This document shows, one piece after another, positions 1 through 7,967 of a stretch of DNA of 16,821 bases. The number at the start of each line of letters is the position of its first letter. The stretch's first letter is position 1. The position numbers and the translations under genes were made by a program. The notes beneath the pieces were generated by a model that saw nothing but the letters and a program-made list of their open reading frames with translations, made no database searches and was not told the DNA's origin. The DNA comes from Candidatus Calditenuaceae archaeon (GTDB lineage: Archaea > Thermoproteota > Nitrososphaeria_A > Caldarchaeales > Calditenuaceae). The stretch lies in the NCBI GenBank assembly GCA_025058225.1, contig JANXEE010000002.1, forward strand, positions 1 to 16,821. Direction: 5' to 3'.

Positions 1-396
1 GTTGAGGACGACCACGACTTCGAGGCCACCGTGAGACTGATGGAGAGGGTGAGACCGGACTTCGTCAACATATCGAGGTTCTACCCGCGGCCGAAGACAG
101 AGGCCGCGAGGCTGAGACCTCTCAGCGACGAGGTCGTCAACCGGAGGAGCAGGGCCCTGACGGAGGTCTGCTCGAGGATCTCCCGGGAGCGAATGAACGA
201 GTGGATCGGGTGGGAGGGGTTGGCCCTAGTCGACGAAGTCGGTCCTCGTGGTGAAGCCATAGCGAGGAACATCGATTACAGGCCTATAGCTGTCCCAGGG
301 ACCGATGGGAGGTCGCTGCTCGGCAAATGGGTGGAGGTGCGTGTCACAGGCGCCAAGACCTTCTGTCTGATCGGCGAGCTGAAGGGTGTCCTGTAG
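1..396 (+). CDS. C-terminal part of a MiaB/MtaB-family radical-SAM tRNA methylthiotransferase (5'-truncated by the window edge; TRAM domain present)
   Basis: Frame 1 is open from nt 1 (VEDDHDFEATV...), so the listed ATG at 31 is internal. The translation shows the family-typical NISRFYPRPKTEAA segment, then a TRAM-like C-terminus (WIGWEGLALVDE...GKWVEVRVTGAKTFCLIGEL). Stop TAG 394-396. Confidence 0.7.
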   Translation, partial: VEDDHDFEATVRLMERVRPDFVNISRFYPRPKTEAARLRPLSDEVVNRRSRALTEVCSRISRERMNEWIGWEGLALVDEVGPRGEAIARNIDYRPIAVPGTDGRSLLGKWVEVRVTGAKTFCLIGELKGVL

Positions 397-404
397 GACG
401 AACG

Positions 405-929
405 TCAGGCCACGTAGGTGAGGTTCTCGTCGTCGAAGTGCCTCACGAGCCTCGGCTCGGATGGTCCGATCTGACCTTGGTTCAGCAGGGCCCTCACCTC
501 ATCCTCACCGAGGGGTTTTACGGCGAACCTGAAGGCCGGATGGTCGTCTCCGAACTCGGACCTCGTTATCTCCATCACCAACCGACGGGTCTCAGATTCG
601 TCCACGTAGCCGAGCGAGTGGAGGTACTCGTGCAGCAGAACCGTGAACAGGTAGGACTTGAGTTCTGTTTGGGGCGCTCCCCGACCCACGAGCGCCGAGA
701 TCACCCTCCTGTTCAGGACGATGAAGTTGGTTCCGATGCCATGATATGCGAGGACGAAGGCCGGTTCGTCGGCGAGCACCAGCATCAGTCCCGCCCTCCT
801 GATGCCCAGCCTCCTCTCCACCACCCTCTTGACCAGCGCGAAGATGTCCCTGAAGTCCTGCGCCCTCTCAAGCTCCGATCTGGTGTCCACCGTCCAGCTT
901 TCCACCCGGCACCTCATAACCATTGACAC
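405..929 (-). CDS. Small soluble protein with a single HExxH motif (putative zinc metallopeptidase-like protein, family not recognised)
   Basis: Minus-strand ORF with possible starts GTG 929 or ATG 923. The only recognisable signature is LLHEYLHSLGYVDESE (HExxH plus downstream acidic residues). Plus-strand ORF 327-926 is its antisense shadow. Confidence 0.55.
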   Translation of the reverse strand: MSMVMRCRVESWTVDTRSELERAQDFRDIFALVKRVVERRLGIRRAGLMLVLADEPAFVLAYHGIGTNFIVLNRRVISALVGRGAPQTELKSYLFTVLLHEYLHSLGYVDESETRRLVMEITRSEFGDDHPAFRFAVKPLGEDEVRALLNQGQIGPSEPRLVRHFDDENLTYVA

Positions 930-1049
930 TCGTCACGTCCAGTCGCGAGGTGGCGACTCAGTTTACGTCAGGGGTTGTCCTTCGTCTCCGGAAGTCCGTC
1001 AAGTCGCGGGCAAAACCCTAATACCGGGGGATGGAGAGGTGGACGCGAG

Positions 1050-1415
1050 ATGTCTGCCAGCGAGTTGCCGATGAACGTCCAGCAGCAGTTAGCAAGGCTC
1101 CAGCAGCTTCAGCAGACCCTCGCGGTTCTACTCTCGGAGAAGCAGAGGATCCAGACGGAGCTCGAGGAGATCAAACTCGCGCTGGAAGAGCTCTCGAAGG
1201 TCGACGAGTCGGTGATCGTGTACAAGGCGGTGGGGCCGCTGCTAGTTCAGACAGTTAAGGAGAAGGTGATCAGCGAGCTCTCCGAGAAGAGGGACCTTAA
1301 CGACACCAGGCTCAAGGTCCTCGAGAAGCAGGAGGCCAAGACGAGGAGCCAGATCACCACGCTGCAGAAGGAGATACAGATGAGCCTCGGGACCGGTCGG
1401 TCAGAGGAGTCGTGA
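1050..1415 (+). CDS. pfdB: Prefoldin beta subunit (GimC beta)
   Basis: ATG 1050 is preceded by GGAGAGGTGGA (1034-1044). The 122-aa product has two heptad-rich coiled-coil arms (QQQLARLQQLQQTLAVL...; LKVLEKQEAKTRSQITTLQKEIQ) flanking a beta-hairpin core (VIVYKAVGPLLVQ). The TTG 975 extension adds only Gly/Ser-rich non-conserved residues. Confidence 0.85.
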   Translation: MSASELPMNVQQQLARLQQLQQTLAVLLSEKQRIQTELEEIKLALEELSKVDESVIVYKAVGPLLVQTVKEKVISELSEKRDLNDTRLKVLEKQEAKTRSQITTLQKEIQMSLGTGRSEES

Positions 1416-2446
1416 GCTTCGGGTTCTCCGGACATAGGGAGCTGATCAGGTCACCTGACCTCGTCTGGAGGCTTTTGGAACACCTCATGACCCTGCGGGA
1501 CCAGAAGGTCACCGTTCTCACCCACATGGGCGGAGACCCTGATTCCCTTGCGTCCTCGATGGTCCTGAGGTCCCTTTTGGCAGCGGCGGTCAAGTGTGCC
1601 GAGGTTCACGTCCACGTCCCCGGGGAAATGTCGGACTCCGCGAGGAGGTTCGCATCGGCGCTCGATGTCGAACTGGTTCACGAGCTTCCCGACTCGGACC
1701 GTTACATAGCGATTGATGTCGGATCCCCTTCGCAGCTGGGGAGAGCGCTCGCACAGGTTTCCGGGAGGCTGACCGTGATAGACCACCACCAACCCCAGCA
1801 CAACTTCGATACCTCAGAGGTATTCATCGCCCCCGAGTACCGCTCCTGCTCGGAGATGGTCTTGGACCTCTGTCTCCTAGCCGGATACACACCGGAACCG
1901 CGGGAGGCTACGGCCCTCTACTTCGGGACCTACTACGACACCGTGAGACTGACCACATGTGACTCCCTAGTCCTCAAGAAGGTCGGCGTGCTCGGTGAGT
2001 TAGGCGCTGAGCCCGGCAAGCTGGCGGAGCGGTTGGAGGTCCCCCCGGACTACTCGGAGAGGGTTGCGAGGCTCAAGGGCATCAGGAGAGCCAGGCTCTA
2101 CAGGTGCGAGAACGTCATCGTCGCGCTCACCAGGGTCAGTGCCTTCAGGCCCTCCGTAGCCAGGGCCCTCCTCACGGCGGGTGCGGGCATAGCGGTTGTC
2201 GGGGACGAGGTGGAAGGCGTTTCTGAGCTGACGTTCAGGGTTTCCAACGAGGTCGCGTCGACCTATTCGTTCAACGTCGTGAGGGATCTGGTTAACCCGC
2301 TCATCTCGAAATACGGCGGTTCTGGAGGGGGGCACGCCGCAGCCGCGAGGGTGAGGGTTCACGTGGGGCTCGATGAGGCCTTCAGGAGGTGCGTGGATCT
2401 GATCGGAGGCATGCTGGGTGCCAACCTCACGCCGGTGGACGAGTGA
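1412..2446 (+). CDS. DHH/DHHA1-family phosphoesterase (NrnA/RecJ-like, stand-alone ~340 aa)
   Basis: All DHH motifs are present: I HMGGDPDSLAS, II IAIDVGS, III VIDHHQ, IV GTYYDT, and DHHA1 GGSGGGHAAAA. GTG 1412 overlaps the pfdB stop (GTGA, 1412-1415). Confidence 0.85.
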   Translation: MSFGFSGHRELIRSPDLVWRLLEHLMTLRDQKVTVLTHMGGDPDSLASSMVLRSLLAAAVKCAEVHVHVPGEMSDSARRFASALDVELVHELPDSDRYIAIDVGSPSQLGRALAQVSGRLTVIDHHQPQHNFDTSEVFIAPEYRSCSEMVLDLCLLAGYTPEPREATALYFGTYYDTVRLTTCDSLVLKKVGVLGELGAEPGKLAERLEVPPDYSERVARLKGIRRARLYRCENVIVALTRVSAFRPSVARALLTAGAGIAVVGDEVEGVSELTFRVSNEVASTYSFNVVRDLVNPLISKYGGSGGGHAAAARVRVHVGLDEAFRRCVDLIGGMLGANLTPVDE

Positions 2447-3294
2447 TGCCGGTCATCGAGGTCAAGGGGCTCAGGTTCAGATATGAGGGGTCCGAGAGCT
2501 GGTCGATAGACGGCGTCGACTTCGAGGTCTCCGAGGGCGAGCTTGTGCTGGTGGTGGGACCGACCGGTTCTGGCAAGTCAACGCTCCTGAGGGCCATAGT
2601 GGGCTTGGTGCCGCACTTCTACAAAGGAGAGTATCACGGCTCGGTGAGGGTTTGCGGGATCGATGTACCGAACACTCCTGTACACGTGGTCGCCACCAAG
2701 GTCGGCATGGTCTTCCAGAACCCCGAGACTCAGCTCTTCTCGACGACCGTAGAGGCGGAGATAGCCTTCCCGCTGGAGAACCTCGGCATCCCGAGGAGCG
2801 AGATGGTGGTGCGGGTAGAGGAGGTCCTGAGGGCGACGGGCATGACCGAGCTCAGGAAGAAGAACCCCGCGGAGCTCTCGGGAGGACAGAAGCAGCGCCT
2901 CGCGATCGCGTCGATCCTCGCCATGAGACCGGAGGTGCTGGTCCTGGACGAGCCCACCTCGATGCTTGATCCGATATCGGCGTCGGAGATCCTGGAGTTC
3001 GTGGTGCGCTACTGCAGATCGGAACGGAAGACGCTGGTCGTCTCCGAGCACAGGCTTGACCTTCTGGTACCCCTAGTTGACAGGATGACCGTCATCAAGG
3101 ACGGCAGGATCTCCTTCGACGGTCCGCCGCACGAGTTCTTCCTCCACGGCACCGGTGAGGAGTTCAGAATCAAACCGCCACGGGTCCCCGAGATATACCA
3201 CAGGGTGGCAGCGGCTGTCGGTCTGGAAAGGAGTGTAAGGGTGCCCCTGACGGCGGGTCAGCTCGTAGAGCTGGTCTCCTCGGGTGACCCTTGA
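2446..3294 (+). CDS. ecfA1: ECF-type ABC transporter ATPase (EcfA1/CbiO-like)
   Basis: Walker A GPTGSGKS, signature LSGGQKQR, Walker B VLVLDEPTS, H-loop VSEHR. ATG 2446 shares one nt with the upstream TGA (2444-2446). The 2389 start in the ORF track is an overlap extension. Confidence 0.9.
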   Translation: MPVIEVKGLRFRYEGSESWSIDGVDFEVSEGELVLVVGPTGSGKSTLLRAIVGLVPHFYKGEYHGSVRVCGIDVPNTPVHVVATKVGMVFQNPETQLFSTTVEAEIAFPLENLGIPRSEMVVRVEEVLRATGMTELRKKNPAELSGGQKQRLAIASILAMRPEVLVLDEPTSMLDPISASEILEFVVRYCRSERKTLVVSEHRLDLLVPLVDRMTVIKDGRISFDGPPHEFFLHGTGEEFRIKPPRVPEIYHRVAAAVGLERSVRVPLTAGQLVELVSSGDP

Positions 3295-4124
3295 TGCTGG
3301 AGGCGGTGAACGTCAGCTACGTGTATCCGAGCGGGAAGGTGGCCCTGGACGACGTCAACCTGGCAGTACGCGATGGTGAGGTGATGGTGCTGATGGGTAG
3401 CAACGGAGCCGGTAAGACCACACTCCTGAAGACACTAGTGGGGCTTCTGAGGCCCAAGAGCGGAAAGGTCCTGTTGGACGGTATGGAGGTCTCGTCCATG
3501 CCCGTGAGAGAGGTCTCCAGGATGATCGGTTACGTTCCCCAGATCGCCGACAGTCTGTTCTTCCTCGAAAGCGTCTGGGAAGAGATGACCTATGCTCTGA
3601 GGAACTTCGGCATCGGAGACGCAGATCACCGTGTTGAGTCGCTGCTCGAGAGGTTCGGTCTTGATGGGCTGAAGGACAGGTCGCCTTTCTCCCTCAGCGG
3701 CGGACAGAAGAAGAGGCTCTCGATCGCGGTGGTGCTGGCTTGGGACCCGAAGTACGTGCTCCTCGACGAACCGACCCTGGGCCAGGACAAGTCAGGCAGG
3801 GAGGCGATAGCGTGGACCATCGAGTCTCTGAGAAAGGAGGGTAGAGGGGTTGTGATTGCCACGCACGACGTCGAGTTCGCGTCCGAGCTGGACCCGCGGG
3901 TGACGCTCCTGAGCTCCGGAAGGGTTCTGGCCTCGGGCACGGCAGCGGAGGTCCTCTCCGACGAAGAGCTCCTGAGGTCCGCGAACCTGCTTCCTCCCCA
4001 GTCGGTCGTCATATCCAAGCAGCTTGGACGCCTCGGTGTGCAGACAACACACAGAGTGGACGAGCTCGTATCGAGCATCGCGTCGGTCATGAGGTGCAAG
4101 GGATTTGGCCGCAAACATCGCTGA
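3294..4124 (+). CDS. ecfA2: ECF-type ABC transporter ATPase (EcfA2/CbiO-like)
   Basis: Walker A GSNGAGKT, signature LSGGQKKR, Walker B YVLLDEPT, H-loop ATHD. ATG 3294 shares one nt with the upstream TGA (3292-3294). Confidence 0.9.
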   Translation: MLEAVNVSYVYPSGKVALDDVNLAVRDGEVMVLMGSNGAGKTTLLKTLVGLLRPKSGKVLLDGMEVSSMPVREVSRMIGYVPQIADSLFFLESVWEEMTYALRNFGIGDADHRVESLLERFGLDGLKDRSPFSLSGGQKKRLSIAVVLAWDPKYVLLDEPTLGQDKSGREAIAWTIESLRKEGRGVVIATHDVEFASELDPRVTLLSSGRVLASGTAAEVLSDEELLRSANLLPPQSVVISKQLGRLGVQTTHRVDELVSSIASVMRCKGFGRKHR

Positions 4125-4881
4125 TCTCCTCAGATACAGGGAAGTCGAGTCGCCGCTGATCAGGTTGGACCCGAGAGTGAAGCTGCTGATCGCGATCTAC
4201 CTCTTCTCCACGACGCTGATCTTCGACAGGCCCTTCTGGTTGAGCATCCTCGTCTCGACTGCCGTGCTATTCACGGTCTGGTTAACGCTTCTCTCGATCG
4301 GCGCCTCTAGGAGGTTGCTGAGGACGATAAGGGCGCTGTCGTTCTTCCTGGCGTTCGTGGTGCTGCTGAACGCCCTAGGCTTCGTCTCCCAGGGACTCAA
4401 TCCCTTGACTCCAGAGTTCGTCGCGATCACCTCGTCACAGCTGATGAGGTTCATCGCGGCCATCGTCTCCTTCTCGTTCTTCCTGCTGACGGTATCTCCT
4501 GAGGCCTTCGCAGCAACCCTCAGGTCTCTGAAGCTCCCCTACGACTACGTCTTCGCGATGACCGCGGCGATCAGGTTCGCGCCGCTCTTCCTCGAGGAGA
4601 TACAGGAGGTGATCGACTCACAGAGGCTGCGGGGTGTGGACTACAGCACCAGGAACCCCATCAAGCGTTTCAGGAACTACGTGAGGGCCTTCGTGCCGGT
4701 CGTGATAAACGCGCTCAAGAGGTCCTTCGAGATGGCCGAGGCCCTCGAGGTCAAGTGTTACGGCGCCGTCAGGGACAGGACCAGCTTCTACGTCCTGAGG
4801 GCCAAGGGGTCCGATGTGGGCGTCCTGGTGGCCTCCACCGCCGCCTTCGCAACACTGGTCACGCTGAGGTTGCTCCTCTGA
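4105..4881 (+). CDS. ecfT: ECF transporter transmembrane T component (EcfT/CbiQ family)
   Basis: Polytopic hydrophobic protein. It has the N-terminal LDPRVKLL motif and the coupling-helix Arg motifs (AIRFAPLF...IDSQRLRG) typical of CbiQ/EcfT. The only in-frame start before the conserved N-terminus is TTG 4105, which overlaps ecfA2 by 20 nt. Confidence 0.85.
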   Translation: MAANIADLLRYREVESPLIRLDPRVKLLIAIYLFSTTLIFDRPFWLSILVSTAVLFTVWLTLLSIGASRRLLRTIRALSFFLAFVVLLNALGFVSQGLNPLTPEFVAITSSQLMRFIAAIVSFSFFLLTVSPEAFAATLRSLKLPYDYVFAMTAAIRFAPLFLEEIQEVIDSQRLRGVDYSTRNPIKRFRNYVRAFVPVVINALKRSFEMAEALEVKCYGAVRDRTSFYVLRAKGSDVGVLVASTAAFATLVTLRLLL

Positions 4882-5884
4882 GACGGAACTCCACGACTTG
4901 ATGGAGGTCGTTGAGCAGCGAGGAAACTGTTGGTTCACCGGCCCCATGACCGATGAGGGTCAGGTCTCTTGCTATCCTGAACCTGAAGGTAACCGCGTTG
5001 AGCGTTCCGTGTACGCACAGCGGATCGTTGGCCTTCACCAGCCTAGGGGCCACGAGGAGCTTGCCTTCACCGTCCACGGAACCTATCAGCTTGACGGACA
5101 TGTTGGACTCTCGAGCGGCCGCGACCGCCTCCTGCGTAACCCTAGTTATCCCCGCCACCCTGACGTCCTCGAGGCCCCTGTCGAGGCCCATCAGCGAGTT
5201 CGCGAGGATCAGGAGCTTCAGGGCGGTGTCGTAGCCGTTCACGTCCAGCGACGGGTCCCTCTCCGCGATCCCGAGGTTCTGGGCCTCCCTTAGGGCAAGC
5301 TCGAAGGTCAGCCCCTCGAACTGCATCCTGCTCAGTATGTAGTTGGTCGTGCCGTTGAGGATGCCCCTGATGGAGAGGAGGTCGTCTCCACGCATGCAGA
5401 GCCTCCTGAGGGTTATCAAAGGAATACCGCCGCCAACGGTCGAGTCGAAGAGCAGCAGCTTCCCCGCGGAGCTCGCCAGATCCGTGAGCTCCCTGTAACG
5501 GAGGGCTATCGGTGCCTTGTTGGCCGTGACGACGTCGATGCCGTTGCTCAGAGCTGCTCGAATGTTGCTGAGGCCGGGCTCAGCGCTGGGGAGGTTAGTC
5601 GGTGTCAGCTCCACCAGCACGTCGAAGGCACCTTCCCTAATCAGGGAGAGCGCGCTCCCTTTCGTGAACACCTCGGAGTCCGAGAGATCGCCCTTCAGGT
5701 CGTCCGGAGACAGACCTTCATCCCTGTGGACGTAGCCGGAGGACCTCGCGACACCAACCAGCTTGACGCCGGAGACCCTGTGGTCCATCAACTCCCTCGC
5801 CAGCAATTTCCCCAAGAAGCCGTAGCCGTTAACGAAGACCTTCAAGGTCAGCCCTTCACACCTCCGATATCGCGAGGGCCCCAT
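4859..5884 (-). CDS. hom: Homoserine dehydrogenase (no fused ACT domain)
   Basis: Rossmann motif VNGYGFLG, plus NGTTNYILS and GHGAGEPTVSSLLNDL catalytic-domain motifs. The start is ambiguous. ATG 5884 overlaps the upstream gene by 29 nt. TTG 5845 gives the classic M-KVFVNGYG N-terminus and lies 13 nt after GGAGGTG, so it may be the true start. Confidence 0.9.
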   Translation of the reverse strand: MGPSRYRRCEGLTLKVFVNGYGFLGKLLARELMDHRVSGVKLVGVARSSGYVHRDEGLSPDDLKGDLSDSEVFTKGSALSLIREGAFDVLVELTPTNLPSAEPGLSNIRAALSNGIDVVTANKAPIALRYRELTDLASSAGKLLLFDSTVGGGIPLITLRRLCMRGDDLLSIRGILNGTTNYILSRMQFEGLTFELALREAQNLGIAERDPSLDVNGYDTALKLLILANSLMGLDRGLEDVRVAGITRVTQEAVAAARESNMSVKLIGSVDGEGKLLVAPRLVKANDPLCVHGTLNAVTFRFRIARDLTLIGHGAGEPTVSSLLNDLHQVVEFRLRGATSA

Positions 5885-6329
5885 GTCTCTCGGCGATCGA
5901 GGCGAGGTCGTCGTGGAGTTTTGAGATCCTGTCCGCAGGAACCTCCATCAGCAGCTTCACGGTCAGGGCCTCACCGTACCCTCTAGTGGAGGACTCGATG
6001 ACTCTGTAACCCCTCGACTCCAGCTCCGAGAGGAGCGAGTCCAACCTGACGCCACCAACGACGATCGCCATGGCCATTTCCTTCTCCAGGCTCTCGGCTC
6101 CCATGACGGGCACTCCGACGCCCTCTATCCCCTTCCTCGCCCTCTCGAGGCTCTGAGGGTCAGGGAACTCGACGTTGATGCTGACGGGCACGTATCCGGA
6201 CGTTATGATCTCCCTGTTGTGGACGATGGAGATGATGTTGCCCCCTGCGAGCGCGATCTGCTCGAGGACTTTCAGCAGCGTCCCGGGCCTGTCGATCAGC
6301 GCGCAGGTCAGCCTCACCCTCTGCTTCAA
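5856..6329 (-). CDS. Stand-alone ACT-domain protein (ACT plus a second ACT-like half), likely regulatory partner of the downstream homoserine dehydrogenase
   Basis: N-terminal ACT signature (LTCALIDRPGTLLKVLEQIALAGGNIISI) and a second beta-alpha-beta-beta-alpha-beta-like half. TTG 6329 lies 5 nt after GGAGGTGA on the minus strand. The stop is adjacent to, or overlaps, the hom start. Confidence 0.75.
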   Translation of the reverse strand: MKQRVRLTCALIDRPGTLLKVLEQIALAGGNIISIVHNREIITSGYVPVSINVEFPDPQSLERARKGIEGVGVPVMGAESLEKEMAMAIVVGGVRLDSLLSELESRGYRVIESSTRGYGEALTVKLLMEVPADRISKLHDDLASIAERHGALAISEV

Positions 6330-6455
6330 CGTCTCACCTCCGGCATCTTCGCTAAACGGTCCAGGTGTCTAAATTAGTTTGTGACGGCCTGCAGGAAAGG
6401 CGTTGAATGATCGTCTGCGAGTCGAATCCATTGCACCTCTGTGTCAGATCGATGT

Positions 6456-7928
6456 TCACCCTGCGCTGGGGAAGGACAGGGCCCTCTCCAGCCATCCCTT
6501 CAGCTCTGACACGTGGACCCTGACCTGCTCCGTCGTGTCCCTGTCCCGGACCGTTACGGTTTCGTCCTTCAAAGTCTGGTAATCGATCGTAACGCAGTAG
6601 GGAACTCCGATCTCGTCGAGCATGTGATATCTCTTCCCGATCGTGTCCTTCGACTCGTAGGCCGCGTCGAACTCCGTCCTCAGAGACTCGTAGATGTCCC
6701 ACGCCTTCTCCGGGAGCCCGTCCTTCTCGACCAGAGGCAACACGGCCACCTCCACCGGCGCGAGGAACTTCGGGATCTTCAGGACCCTCCTCTTGGCCTC
6801 CCTGACGTAATTGAGCTCCATCAACACGTAGACGCTCCTGTCGACGCCCATCGAGAGCTCGAAGACGTGCGGGAGGACCTTCCTGTTGCGGTTGGGGACC
6901 ATGAGGTCCTTTCCGCTGACCCTCATGTGTCCAGAGAGGTCATAGTCGCCCCGATAGTTGCACGCCACCAGCTCCACCCATCCCAGGGAAGTCTGCACTT
7001 CCAGGTCCCAAGCTTCTTTAGCGTAGAAGGCCTTCTCGTCGTCGCTGAGCCTCCGGAGCCTGATCTTGGACCTCTCCACACCCAGAAGCTCGTAGAACCT
7101 CTGCATCAGGGCCAGGTAGTAACCCGGAAGCCAGTGGGAGACCAGACCGGTCCTCAGGGCCTCCTCGACGGAGACCTCCCTGAAGTCGCCGCGCTCGCCG
7201 CCGAACCTCAGCCTGTAATCCTTTAGCCTCCTCCACCTGATGGGGTCGACGTCGTCCTCGGGATCGAAGAAGACCTCGACCTCCGCCTGATAGAACTCCC
7301 TGAGCCTTAGAAGGCTCTGCCTAGGCGAGATCTCGTTCCTGAAGCTCTTACCGAACTGACAGAGAGGCAACGGCAGTTTGGACCAGCCGATCTTGTAGGT
7401 CCTCAGGAAGTCGACGAAGAGCGATTGGCACGTCTCAGGCCTGAGGTAGGCCTCCTCGCCCTCACCGCCGACGTTGACCCTGAACATCATATTGAACCTC
7501 TCGACGCTGTCGAGCTCACCGCCGCATCGCTGACACCTGATGCCGTGCTCGAGGATGAGCGCGTAGATCTCCTCGTCCCTGAGCCTCTCCGGCACGATCT
7601 TGCCCGTGAACTCCTGGACCAGCCTGTCAGCCCTGTAAGTCGCTCTGCATGACTTGCATCTCGTCACCGGATCCGCGAACGACGCCAAGTGCCCCGATGC
7701 CACGAAGACCTTCTTCGCCATGATCACAGAGCCGTCGAGCTCCACCATGCCGTCGTATCTGACGACGTAGCGCCTCCACGCCTCCACGAACCTGTTCCTC
7801 AGCCCCAAGCCCAAGGGGCCGTAGTCCCAGAACCCCGCGGGCGCGTCGTCGTAGATCTCGCATGCCGGGAAGAAGAAGCCCCTCTTCAGGGAGAGGTCGA
7901 TCAGTTCGTCATAGACCCTGCCGGACAT
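6456..7928 (-). CDS. glyS: Glycyl-tRNA synthetase, archaeal/eukaryotic-type class II
   Basis: N-terminal RGFFFPACEIY...GFWDYGPLG, motif 2 FRNEISPR, motif 3 region SMGVDR, and C-terminal anticodon-binding domain (APVEVAVLPL...GKRYHMLDEIGVPYCVTID). ATG 7928. Confidence 0.95.
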   Translation of the reverse strand: MSGRVYDELIDLSLKRGFFFPACEIYDDAPAGFWDYGPLGLGLRNRFVEAWRRYVVRYDGMVELDGSVIMAKKVFVASGHLASFADPVTRCKSCRATYRADRLVQEFTGKIVPERLRDEEIYALILEHGIRCQRCGGELDSVERFNMMFRVNVGGEGEEAYLRPETCQSLFVDFLRTYKIGWSKLPLPLCQFGKSFRNEISPRQSLLRLREFYQAEVEVFFDPEDDVDPIRWRRLKDYRLRFGGERGDFREVSVEEALRTGLVSHWLPGYYLALMQRFYELLGVERSKIRLRRLSDDEKAFYAKEAWDLEVQTSLGWVELVACNYRGDYDLSGHMRVSGKDLMVPNRNRKVLPHVFELSMGVDRSVYVLMELNYVREAKRRVLKIPKFLAPVEVAVLPLVEKDGLPEKAWDIYESLRTEFDAAYESKDTIGKRYHMLDEIGVPYCVTIDYQTLKDETVTVRDRDTTEQVRVHVSELKGWLERALSFPSAG

Positions 7929-7952
7929 GTCCCAGATCGATCCGTCGGCACG

Positions 7953-7963
7953 TGATAGAAAAA
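7953..7963 (-). promoter_or_regulatory. TTTTTCTATCA element: oligo-T terminator for the RING-like gene and/or TATA-like box for glyS
   Basis: The minus strand reads TGA-TGGGTTTTTCTATCACG. The T5 run begins 4 nt after the stop of the 7968-8804 gene, and its centre lies about 27-30 nt upstream of the glyS ATG (7928), which fits a near-leaderless glyS mRNA. Confidence 0.4.
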
Positions 7964-7967
7964 CCCA

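Noticed and set aside
327-926. 199-aa plus-strand ORF, together with other long ORFs antisense to real genes: 2578-3051(-), 3626-4114(-), 6513-7226(+), 8844-9386(+), 10089-10673(-), 11543-12013(-) and 15857-16594(+).
   Set aside because: Each lies fully inside, and antisense or out of frame to, a gene with clear family motifs. Their translations are Arg/Pro/Gly-rich low-information sequence with no motifs. Long stop-free antisense frames are expected in GC-rich DNA.
975-1049. The TTG-initiated N-terminal extension of prefoldin beta in the ORF track. The same applies to the extensions at 2389-2445, 3291-3293 and 16125-16199.
   Set aside because: The extensions overlap upstream genes or promoters and add non-conserved residues. 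Internal ATGs with Shine-Dalgarno, coupling or TATA geometry give canonical family N-termini.
6330-6455. Searched this gap, plus 8805-8894, 12803-12903, 14074-14212 and 16599-16681, for box C/D (RUGAUGA...CUGA) sRNAs, H/ACA RNAs and CRISPR-like repeats.
   Set aside because: There is no C/C' plus D/D' box combination with correct spacing, and no repeated spacer-repeat structure. The gaps are adequately explained by promoters and terminators (for example CTAATTTAG about 40 nt upstream of TTG 6329).
7500-7660. Cys pairs in GlyRS (CKSC ... CQRCGG) that looked like an inserted zinc ribbon, and the rather short length (490 aa).
   Set aside because: As far as I recall, a CxxC...CxxC knuckle in this insertion is normal for archaeal-type GlyRS. 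I cannot verify length norms without alignments, so this is not reported as an anomaly.
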